From assembly GCA_004431415.1 (NCBI GenBank), contig QPMI01000068.1, positions 124,001 to 188,000 on the forward strand: a DNA stretch of 64,000 nt, read 5' to 3'. This DNA comes from Cyanophora paradoxa CCMP329 (lineage: Eukaryota > Plantae > Glaucophyta). A program made the translations under genes and the position numbers. The notes below the pieces were generated by a model. That model was not told the origin of the DNA, made no database searches, and worked only from the letters and a program-made list of their open reading frames with translations. Below, in pieces: positions 32,666-42,900 of the stretch. Numbering within the stretch: position 1 is the first letter of the stretch; each line of letters starts with the position of its first letter.

Positions 32666-33676
32666 TTATCCAAAATTGCAAATCACCGGATAATTTGGGT
32701 GAGTTTCTCTCATTCTCATTTTGAAATACTCATAAATAGGATCACCGGCGGGTTCTTCACCATATCGGATCTCGAAAGTTAAATGGACAGGTTGCCCCTC
32801 GAAATCAATTAATTCGTTTTGAGCATTCACAATTTCTACGGACATTTGAGAGATTGCGAATGGTTTCCCGTAATACTTGTATAACGGGTTTGCTTCTGTT
32901 GAATTATAAACAACGTGTTCCGCAAAGTCTTTATCTTGCACCACGAGTTTATGGAAGTATCCAGATAGGAGACCATCGGCACATTGAACGAGGTCACCCA
33001 GTTCTTTTACTCTTACGAATAATACATTATCTTTGCAACTCTCAGTAGGGAATGTCGAGATGATACCATGAACATTAGCACCTGTAAAGATAGGATCATA
33101 TTCAGTTGAGTAAATATTAGATTTGATAAATCGGTTACCGGCTCTTCCGGCATCGAGACCAAGCATACGACCGTGTCGGTTTGATTTTTCAGCCATCGAA
33201 CTAGAAGGATCCTTAGCAGTTGTGAATGCTATGTAAAATTCATGAGGAGCATAGAATATTACGTGTTTCTCTACGGTATCCCATTTACACCTTATTTGAG
33301 GATCAGGTGTTAAACCAGCAAACCGAGTATTAATACGGTTTACTAATTCCTGATGCGTATGAATTACTAAGCTTCCGCTACTTTGACCGGGACGAATTGA
33401 GCGCCAAACATCAAAACCGGGAGCGGGAGCATTGGTAGAGTTGATCGCTGAATTAGCGATACTAAAATTAATAGTGAAAGAATCAGTAACTGTGACATCT
33501 CCGGGGACACTTTCATCGCTGATAAGAGGAATGGAGTTATAGAATTCCGCCGAAACAAGTCGGACAGCTCTTACATTCTCATACATCTTTGGTAATTCAG
33601 CGATAAACTTAGACGTCGGCGCATCGAGATTAGGAGCCTGTCTAAATGATGAAACTTCGACATATTCGACCGGCAT
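32666..33676 (-). CDS. Minor capsid (penton) protein 1, copy 3
   Basis: Same protein sequence as copy 2. Confidence 0.8.
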   Translation of the reverse strand: MPVEYVEVSSFRQAPNLDAPTSKFIAELPKMYENVRAVRLVSAEFYNSIPLISDESVPGDVTVTDSFTINFSIANSAINSTNAPAPGFDVWRSIRPGQSSGSLVIHTHQELVNRINTRFAGLTPDPQIRCKWDTVEKHVIFYAPHEFYIAFTTAKDPSSSMAEKSNRHGRMLGLDAGRAGNRFIKSNIYSTEYDPIFTGANVHGIISTFPTESCKDNVLFVRVKELGDLVQCADGLLSGYFHKLVVQDKDFAEHVVYNSTEANPLYKYYGKPFAISQMSVEIVNAQNELIDFEGQPVHLTFEIRYGEEPAGDPIYEYFKMRMRETHPNYPVICNFG

Positions 33677-33705
33677 GTTTCTTTAATCTATATTCATATA
33701 ATAAA

Positions 33706-34616
33706 ATGATTCGTCTTATCAATGTCGATAGTAGAGATCGACAACAAGGACAAAAAGAAAACTCTTATAGGGTTGCACTCACAAGACCAATAACCAAACC
33801 ACGGCAATGTCGCGTTTTGTATGCTGAGATTCCGAACAGTATATATAATTCAATAGGAACCGATTATATAACGATTCGTTATAATATCGATGGTGTTTAT
33901 ATAAATCAGCAACTGTTTCCATTACCGAGTGGTTACATAAATCAAGGACACTTTGGCGTGACACAACCATATAATTATGGTTTGAACTTTGCGGTTACTG
34001 AGAATATATTATTTAAGATCTACTACAATCCGACGACATACAAATTAGAGTTTTATAGTAATTTCGCTTTTGAACTCATCGCCGGAAATAATAGGATAGC
34101 TAAGTTATTGGGTCTCAGTGCAACAACATTATTAGGTAGCGCAGGACAGATAATAGATAATAATAGGTCTTTATATGCTCCCGAAAATATCTTATTTTAC
34201 GCGGGGACTCCGATAACACCAGATCACCCACAGTGGGGGATAACATTCGAGGGAGCGGAGTTAGTAGCGGCACCGATGGCTTTTAAAGCGGTTAGTCCAA
34301 AGATGGCGGACATGAACGCTGAACAATACATTTATATGCACATTAAAGAAATTGCCACATTTGCTTCGAACCATCATGTAGTTCCGAAATCGCAACCACA
34401 GAACCAAGGCGCAATTTTGCGTTTACAATTAAGTCAGGACATCGGAAAGTATATATACCATAGCGGAGAGCATGGCGAATACATAAAATAAACGATCGTA
34501 ATTTGGTGATTAATGAGTTAACGGTAGAATTTCGTGATTATTACGGTGATCTTGTTGATATGAACGGAATCGATAATTCGTTTGAGTTGGAGTTTTTAGC
34601 GTTAGGTATTGATTAG
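33706..34616 (+). CDS. Minor capsid (penton) protein 2, second full-length copy (1-bp A-run deletion at ~34486)
   Basis: Matches 26215-27126. Confidence 0.8.
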
Positions 34617-35320
34617 TCTTCTTTGTCATCGGTGAATGGGTCATGATCACCGAATATATCCACAAGTATTATATTATTATCATTTAGATCGGCTATATAC
34701 CATCCTGTTTCTTTTGTCCAAATTGCACCATGTTTATGTAGCAATTTACGGAGACTTTTACGGCTTCTGATGACTAAACCGAATTCTTCGAATTTATCAT
34801 GAACACTTGAAAGATCACGTTTAGGCACGTTTAGATAAACCCGACGGTCTAACTTTTCTCTTTCCAGCCGATGTGCAATATAATCAATTTCATGCCTTAC
34901 ACGAACCAGAAGAAAACATAATTCGTTTTGTAGCTCGATTTCATCATTGAAAACCTCCGTTAAATCCAAGATTTTGCGATAATGTGCAATGTTAACCCTT
35001 TCATCCTCTTCTATTTCATCATCATCCATACGACAAAACCTATTATCATAGGTATGAACATATACTTCTTTGGTATTTGACGGATAGTAACCAATAGATG
35101 AGATATGAGTAAGTTTAAGATCATCACCGAATCCATGCCGTCCGACTTGAATAGCATGACTAACTATATGCATTTGATCAAGATGAAACTTATCTATTTT
35201 AAGAATTTCTGAAAAAGCCGGGTTTCCTTCTATTTTAATATCGAAAACACGCCCTCTTATGTCATCAGCATCTCTAATAATACGTCTCGTTCCATCAGGT
35301 GCAATTTCGACGCGAGCCAT
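34613..35320 (-). CDS. 235-aa DUF5710-like protein, copy b
   Basis: Same protein sequence as 27123-27830. Confidence 0.55.
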   Translation of the reverse strand: MARVEIAPDGTRRIIRDADDIRGRVFDIKIEGNPAFSEILKIDKFHLDQMHIVSHAIQVGRHGFGDDLKLTHISSIGYYPSNTKEVYVHTYDNRFCRMDDDEIEEDERVNIAHYRKILDLTEVFNDEIELQNELCFLLVRVRHEIDYIAHRLEREKLDRRVYLNVPKRDLSSVHDKFEEFGLVIRSRKSLRKLLHKHGAIWTKETGWYIADLNDNNIILVDIFGDHDPFTDDKED

Positions 35321-35796
35321 CGTTACTTATCTCTTACACAGAAAATATTTTTCTTTCTTAACCCTCTATATCACAACTTCCTTAAATCAATTTGTGTAGC
35401 TCACGGGGCTTTCATTTTTCGCACGATATACAGTGAGACTTTCATTTTTACTGTCGATAAAATCAGGTTACCTGAGTGTTAAACGTCAAGGTTTTCGCAA
35501 AATATGAAAAAGTTAACGATAGAACAGACAGTAAAACAGGTTGCTGTAAGTGTTTATTGATGAACAACAAAACAATTATTTGTAAATACTCAATAAACTG
35601 ATTTACTGTTATATTTAAAGATCTCTTCTTGTAGCGGAGCGAAAGAAATGTAATATATCATCGTTAATAGAAGAGAGGATAATAGGTATCTTTGGTGGAT
35701 CTCCACATACGGAGAGACATAAAGTATCGAGATTTCCGACACGGTAATAAGTGGTAAAAGAAGATGTAACAGGTTAATTAATTGTGATTCAGTGTA

Positions 35797-35911
35797 GTGT
35801 AACAGGTGTAACAGGTTCTCCCCAAAGTTCCAAGCCGCCGACCTCCTCCTAGGGGAAAGTTTGGGATGAACCCGTTACACCTGTTACACTAACCATTTTC
35901 AGTAAGAACCC
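35797..35911. promoter_or_regulatory. Iteron hairpin, candidate origin (copy R), inverted relative to copy L
   Basis: 35797-35889 is the exact reverse complement of 13625-13717 (93 bp); weaker similarity continues to ~35911. Confidence 0.75.
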
Positions 35912-36220
35912 AATAAAATAACATAATATCAGTCATAAATAATCATATAATATCATCAAGTATCATATAGTATCTTTCTTATAATATACACTCCGCTTCC
36001 CACGCAGCACATTGTAGTTGTTTACGTTATAATGCGGCGCCATATCAGCTCCATATTATCCTCGCATTATATCCAAAAGAACATTTTATTATTTTTCGAC
36101 GGAATTCCGTTAGAATTTCATACATATTTCTTTTGATACATTTTACATATTTTACATATTTTCAATCACAATACATACACATATTATTTCCATATCATTA
36201 TACACGATAATGCGTAATAT

Positions 36221-36518
36221 CACACATAGACAATGCCCGCGTTTTATCAGGAGGCGTGATATAATTTATCTAAGTTTAAAATCCACCTCAAATACAAATG
36301 ATTACGAGAGATAGAGGTAAAAGACATCGGAGATACGAGTAAATTAAGTTTAAGTAAGGGTTTGATTAGGATTATATATAAAATACGCACATAAAAGACA
36401 AGAATAAAGGATAAAATACACATAAATATCGTTAAATATGCAAGAAATATAGGTAAAATATAAACAAATTATAATTAAACTTAGCCGAGGGATAAAACGC
36501 GGGCATTGTCTATGTGTG
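36221..36518. repeat. 28-bp perfect inverted repeat at the right end of the viral island
   Basis: CACACATAGACAATGCCCGCGTTTTATC (36221-36248) and its reverse complement (36491-36518); GC-rich host DNA starts right after. Confidence 0.9.
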
Positions 36519-36864
36519 GTACCTGTGCATGTGCAGGAGGACGACGAGAAGGAGGTCGAGGAGGAGGAGGATATCGATGACGAATAGGATGTATCTTAGT
36601 CATTTGGGGGCCCTAGGCCTCTTACGTGCAGGGGGGCGCCTCCTTTCTGTCATTTTGTTAGGGTTCTCCAGTACCTGCGGAACTCCGTGCGGAACGTGCG
36701 GAGCTCCGGATCAGTTCCGGTTCCGGGTGGTCTGCCCGGAACTCCGTACGGAGCGGCAACCCTAGCGGCCGGTTGTCACGTGCACAGTGTGGGGCTGCTG
36801 GGGCACTGTGGGCCCAGTGTGGGGCCAGTGTGGGCATGCGTGCGCTCACTGCTCAGCTGCGCTG

Positions 36865-36993
36865 CGCATGCGCGTTCACGTGGCAGCCCACTGGCAGGCG
36901 CCGCCAGGCGGTGACAGCGGTGTTTTACTACTGGTCCGAACTCAAAGTGCCAATTGAGTATGAGGTCCGGAGTTTGAATAGGGGCTCCGTCGC
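36865..36993. repeat. Diverged ~130-bp host repeat, second copy at ~48902-49030
   Basis: Shared cgcgttcac.tggcagcccactggcag...ctcaaagtgccaattgagtatgaggtc.ggagtttgaataggggctccgtcgcg. Confidence 0.85.
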
Positions 36994-38039
36994 GTACCGT
37001 GGACTCCGTAGTACGCTACTGGTACGTACCCGGTATACTAGGCTAGTACGGGGCCTCTATAGCTACAGCCACGGCTGCTGAGCCGCCTACAGGCAGCTTC
37101 GGGATTTGCGCTCTCAATGCGTAAATCGAGTTTTGCGCCGACGGAATGCGAACAAAGAAGACCGTAGCCGAGCGCCAGGCACGAAAGAGCTGAGCGACTC
37201 GCTAGCCGCGGAAGCGGCGCGAGGCGAGCACGGGATTAGCAGCAGGCTGCTGCGAGCGCCCCTCAAGGGACTAGCTGAGCTAGCCGTTGGGCCGAGCCAG
37301 CGGGCTTGAAGCCGCCGAGCTCCGGGGGGTACGCTGATTCGGGGTTTCCCTTCACGCCCAGCTTCGCTCGCGGCCGCCCCAGGCCACGAAGCGACCAGCG
37401 GCGAAGCGAAATCGCCACAGCCAGCACTGCAGTCACTCCTAAGCAGCCCTGTCGGACCGGCGGCCGCACTTCTCGGCCGTCCCTCCAATTGCACAGAGCT
37501 GACCAACTCTGCAGCACCACGGCTCGCCATAGCTGCAGTGGAGCGCGATCCCGCGGCAGCAACTGCGCATGCCTCGATGGCTGGCCGGCGCAAACCCTGT
37601 TCCCAGCGATCCTCCCGGAATCGGCCTCGGGCCCCGATTCACGCTTGAATCTGGTTCCTTACTGCCGTGCCGGTACGTGGATTCACGTCCGGGCCCGCCC
37701 GCCACGCTCGCATTCCGCGCGCGCTGGCTATCCCGGGGGCCCACCGTCAGTCCGCGGCCGCCGGCTTGCCTATACACTCTATATAAGCGTGTATTGAGAC
37801 CCGCCGCGCGATTCCTCCGGTTCCCTGACCAATTCCTGCACGCATGCTCCGGAGCTCCTCGGCGCTCGCACCGGACGTCGACACCGCCGCTGTGCCACGC
37901 CGGCGGAGCTCGCGCAGGACTGCCCCGGCCTGCTGGCGCGCGCGCTGCAGACCCACCGCGAAGTCGGGGCTTGGATCGTGCCTTACGCGTGATCCACCGA
38001 CGGACGGTGCCCAGCCGCTCGCGCGGCTCGGGGAGGCGA

Positions 38040-39320
38040 CGGAGTACTAGTACGGCTCTCGCGTGCGCCTCGCGCTGTGGGACGGCCCGCGTGCGCCTCG
38101 CGCTGTGGTCCCTGTACTCGGAGTTCGGAGGCCGCGCGCGACTCGCTGTGGCCCGATCCCCCCGGCGGATTCCGGCCGCGACCGCGGCCGGCGAACTTCC
38201 ACCAGGAGCACGGATCTCGCGAGCGCCTCGCTGTGAGATGGGCCCGCGTGCGTTCGTCGCTGTGGGCCCCCGTGCAAGGAGTTCCGGGGCCGCGTGCGCC
38301 CCGCTGTGGCCCCAGACCGCTTCAGCGGCACCGGCCGCTCCCGCGGCCGCGAACTCCCAACCTGGCCTTCGAATTCGACTCCCGCGTGCGCCTCGCGCTG
38401 CGGGACGGCCCGCGTGCGCCTCGCGCTGTGGGCCCCCTACTCGGAGTTCGGAGGCCGCGCGCGACTCTCGCTGCGGCCCGCTCCGCCCCCGGCGGACCCC
38501 GGCCGCGCCCGCGGCCGGCGAACTTCGACCAGGAGCACGGGTCTCGCGAGCGCCTCGCTGTGAGATGGGCCCGCGAGCGTTCGTCGCCGTGGGCCCCCGT
38601 GCGCGGAGCTCCGGGCCGGGGCCGCGTGCGTCTCGCTGTGGCCCCAGAGCTTCACCCCGGAGTACGGCTCTCGCGTGCGCCTCGATCGCTGCGGGACAGC
38701 CCGCGAGCGTGCGCGCTGTGGGCCCTGTACATATATATATATACTCGGAGTTCGGAGGCCGCGCGCGACTCTCGCTGTGGCCCGATCCGCCCCGGCGGAT
38801 CCCGGCCGCACCCGCGGCCGGCGAGCTTCCACCAGGAGCACGGATCTCGCGAGCGCCTCGCTGTGAGATGGGCCCGCGAGCGTTCGTCGCTGTGGACCCC
38901 CGTGCGCGGAGCTCCGGGGCCGCGTGCGTCTCGCTGTGGCCCCAGATCTAGAGCTTCACCCCGGAGTACGGCTCTCGCGTGCGCCTCGCCCGCTGCGAGA
39001 CGGCCCGCGAGCGTGCGCGCTGTGGGCCCTGTACTCGGGTTCGGAGGCCGCGCGCGACTCTCGCTAGCGCTGTGGCCCGATCCGCCCCGGCGGATTCCGG
39101 CCGCACCCGCGGCCGGCGAACTTCCACCAGGAGCACGGATCTCGCGAGCGCCTCGCTGTGAGATGGGCCCGCGAGCGTTCGTCGCTGTGGACCCCCGTGC
39201 GCGGAGTTCCGGGGCCGCGTGCGTCGCGCTGTGGCCCCAGAGCTTCACGCCGGAGTACGGACCTCGCGTGCGCCCCGCTGCGAGACGGCCCGCGAGCGTG
39301 CGCGCTGCGGGCCCCGGACT
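38040..39320. repeat. About four ~300-bp tandem units built from a shorter GCGTGCGCCTCGCGCTGTGG-like subrepeat
   Basis: The anchor caggagcacgg recurs near 38202, 38530, 38833 and 39128. Confidence 0.85.
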
Positions 39321-39959
39321 CGGAGTGCGTTACGCTGCGGACTATAGCTACGACTCTCGCTGGCACGCGCGCTGCGAGTATTAGTCGGCCCGCTGGCGCG
39401 TCTCGAGCTCGCTGCGGACTAGCCGCTAGCGCTAGCGCTGCTGGCGCGACCGCTACAGCCTCGCGATCGATCGCGATCGCAGAGTGTTTTGTTTGTTTTT
39501 GGTCAATTCTAGTCGATTCAAGGATTGACTCGACCTTAAAACAAAAACAAAAACAAAAAACAAAAAACAACGGACGTACCCGTTGTACCGGCCGGACTCC
39601 GGACTCCGGAGCCGCCGGACCCGCGGTCCCGCGCCGCGCGGTCTCACTGCCGCAGTGCCAGGCCGCTGACTCAGTGAGGCGGGCACTTCCGGGGGATCCG
39701 CTGCCGCAGTGCCGCCGCTGCGGCGCCGCACGGCATGCGCAGTCTGCAGTGGCAGTACAGCCGCAGTGCCGCAGTGCGAGCTCGAGTCGGCCGGCGCCCG
39801 CAGCTGCAGCTGCCAGGCTGGCGCTTCCGCTACCGCAGTGCTGCCGCTGCCCCAGTGGCGCGTTACGCTGCGGACTACGGTCCCCGCTTGCGCTCTAGAT
39901 TTCGCTGCGAGTCGGCCTGCTGGCGACCTTCCGCGCATCCGCGCCGCACCCTTGCGCAA

Positions 39960-42900
39960 CCCGGGCCCCCGCACCGCAGCTCGGCTCGCCGCCGCCGCCG
40001 GACCTGCCTGCGCAGGGCGGGCCGGCCGCTGGCCCGCCTGCGGCACTCCCCGGCTGGAGCCCAGGGCTCCACCTCCGTCCCGAGGTCCGAAAACGACCTC
40101 GCGCGGCCCCGCACCGCCGCGCCACCCGCCGCCGCCGCCTGACCTGCTTGCGCAGGGCGGGCCGGCCGCTGGCTCGCACGCAGCGCTCCCCGGCTGGAGC
40201 CCAGGGCTCCGCCTCCGCCCGAGGTCCGTCACGACCTTGCGCGGCCCCCGCGCCGCCGCTCGACCCGCCGCCGCCGCCTGACCTGCTTACGCAGGGCGGG
40301 CCGGCCGCTGGCTCGCCTGCCGCGCTCTCCGGCTGGAGCCTTGGTCTCCACCTCCGCCCGAGGTCCGTCACGGCCTCGCGCGGCCCCGCGCCGCCGCTCG
40401 ACCCGCCACCGTGGCACCGCCGCCTGACCTGCTTGCACAGGGCGGGCCGACCGCTGGCGCGCCTGCGACGCTCCCCGGCTGGAGCCCAGGGCTCCACCTC
40501 CGCCCCGAGGTCCGAAAACGACCTCGCACGACCCCGCACCGCCGCGCCACCCGCCGCCGCCGCCTGACCTGCTTGCGCAGGGCGGGCCGACCGCTGGCTC
40601 GCCTGCGGCGCTCTCCGGCTGGAGCCCAGGGCTCCGCCTCCGCCCCGAGGGCGGGCCGGCCGCTGGCTCGCCTGCCGCGCTCTCCGGCTGGAGCCCTTGG
40701 GCTCCACCTCCGCCCCGAGGCCCGTCACGGCCTCGCGCGGCCCCCGCACCGCCGCTCAACCCGCCACCGTGGCACCGCCGCCTGTCCTGCTTGCGCAGGG
40801 CGGGCCGACCGCTGGCTCGCCTGCGGCGCTCCCCGGCTGGAGCCCCGGGCCCCGCCCCCGCCCCGAGGTCCGAAAACGACCTTGCGCGGCCCCACGCCCG
40901 CGCTCGACCCGCCGCCGCCGCATAACCTGCTTGCGTAGGGCGGGCCGGCCGCTGGCTCGCCTACCGCGCTCTCCGGCGGGAGCCCAGGGCTCCACCTCCG
41001 CCCCGAGGTCCGTCACGGCCTCGCACGGCCCCGCGCCGCCGCTCGACCCGCCGCCGCCGCCTGACCTGCTTGCGCAGGGCGGGCCGGCCGCTGGCCCGCC
41101 TGCGGCGCTCTCCGGCTGGAGCCTTGGGCTTCACCTCCGCCCCGAGGTCCGTCACGGCCTCGCGCGGCCCCGCACCGCCGCTCGACTCGCCGCCGCCGCC
41201 GGACCTGCTTACGCAGGGCGGGCCGGCCGCTGGCTCGCATGCGGCGCTCTCGGGCTGGAGCCCTTGGGCCCCACCTCCGCCCCGAGGTCCGTCACAGCCT
41301 CGCGCGGCCCCGCGCCGCCGCGCGACCTGCCGCCGCCGCCTGACCTGCTTGCGCAGGGCGGGCCGACCGCTGGCTCGCCTGCGACATTCGCCGGTTGGAG
41401 CCCTTGGGCCCCACCTCCACCCCGAGGTCTGAAGCGGCCTCGCGCGACCCCGCGCCGCCGCTCGACACACCGCTGCCGCCTGACCTGCTTGCGCAGGCCA
41501 GGCCGGCCGCTGGCTCGCCTGCCGCGCTCTCCGGCTGGAGCCCAGGGCTCCACCTCCGCCCCGAGGTCCGTCACGGCCTCGCGCGGCCCCGCGCTGCCGC
41601 TCGACCCGCCGCCGCCGCATAACCTGCTTGCGCAGGGCGGGCCGACCGCTGGCTCGCATGCAGCCCTCCCCGGCCGGAGCCTTGGTCTCCACCGCCGCCC
41701 CGAGGTCCGTCACGGCCTAGCGCGGCCCCGCGCCGCCGCTCGACCCTCCGCCGCCGCATAACCTGCTTGCGCAGGGCGGGCCGACCGCTGGCTCGCCTGC
41801 GGCGCTCCCCGGCTGGAGCCCAGGGCTCCGCCTCCGCCCCGAGGTACGTCACGGCTTCGCGAGGCCCCGCGCTGCCGCTCGACACGCCGCCGCCGCCTGA
41901 CCTGCTTGCGCAGGGCGGGCCGGCCGCTGGCTCGCACGCAGCACTCTCCGGCTGGAGCCCAGGGCTCCACCTCCGCCCCGAGGTCCGTCACGGCCTCGCG
42001 CGGCCCCGCGCTGCTGCTCGACCCGCCGCCACCGCATAACCTGCTTGCGCAGGGCGGGCCGACCGCCGTCTCGCCTGCGGTACTCTCCGGCTGGGGCCCA
42101 GGGCCCGCCCCCGCCCCGAGGTCCGTCACGGCCTTGCGCGGCCCCCGTGCCGCCGCTCGACCCGCCGCCGCCGCCTGACCTGCTTGCGCAGGGCGGGCCG
42201 GCCGCTGGCTCGCACGCCGCGCTCTTCAGCTGGAGCCCAGGGCTCCACCGCTACCCCGAGGTCCGTCACGGCCTAGCGCGGCCCCGCGCTGCAGCTCGGC
42301 GTACCGCCACTGCCTGACCTGCCTGCACAGGGCGGGCCGGCCGCTGGCTCGCCTGCCGCGCTCTCCGGTTGGGGCCCAGAGCTCCACTTCCGCCCCGAGG
42401 TCCATCACGGCCTCGCGCAGCCCCGCGCTGCCGCTCGACCCGCCGCCGCCGCATCACCTGCTGGCGCAGGGCGGGCTGGCCGCTGGCTCGCACGCAGCGC
42501 TCCCCGGCTGAGCCCAGGGCTCCACCTCCGCCCCGAGGTCCGTCTCGGCCCCGCGCGGCTTCGGGCTGCCGCTCGACCCACCGCCGCCGCATAACCTGCT
42601 GGCGCGGGGCTGGCCGGCCGCTGGCTCGCATGCAGCGCTCCCCGGCTGGAACCCAAGGCCCCACCTCCGCCCCGAGGTCCGTCACGGCCTCGCGCAGCCC
42701 CGCGCGGCCGCTCGACCCGCCGCCGCCGCGTAACCTGCTTGCGCAGGGCGGGCCGGCCGCTGGCTCGCACACAGCGCTCCCCGGCTGGAGCCCAGGGCTC
42801 CACCTCCGCCCCGAGGTCCATCACGGCCTCGTGCTGCCCCGCACTGCCGCTCGACCAGCCGCCGCCGCAAAACCTGCTTGCGCAGGGCGGGCCGTCCGCT

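Larger units (their letters stand above)
16694..35869. repeat. Nested tandem duplications of the morphogenesis module: ~4,992-bp unit (junction J1 at 21686, repeated at 29173) and ~7.49-kb unit (20896-28379 / 28383-35869, junction J2 at 28380-28382)
   Basis: Near-identical sequence and repeated ORFs. J1 joins on a 4-bp CTTT microhomology; J2 carries a 3-nt filler (CAT). Confidence 0.95.
1..36518. mobile_element. Endogenous Polinton-like virus / Maverick-type element (left end outside window), interrupted at ~966-9095 and internally amplified
   Basis: Sharp AT-rich island in a very GC-rich host; intronless, tightly packed genes for pPolB, primase-helicase, A32-like ATPase, DJR major capsid, two pentons and an integrase-like tail; abrupt return to GC-rich DNA after 36518. 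Confidence 0.92.

Noticed and set aside
17187-34491. Frameshifts in individual copies of the ATPase, MCP, penton 2, 243-aa and 82-aa genes as real pseudogenisation or programmed frameshifting
   Set aside because: All are single-base deletions in short homopolymers and each gene is intact in another copy, which is the typical long-read consensus error pattern. This cannot be settled without reads.
1-36518. Claim that the element lacks a maturation protease or has defined TIRs/TSD
   Set aside because: The left part of the element lies outside the window, so gene absence and termini cannot be judged.
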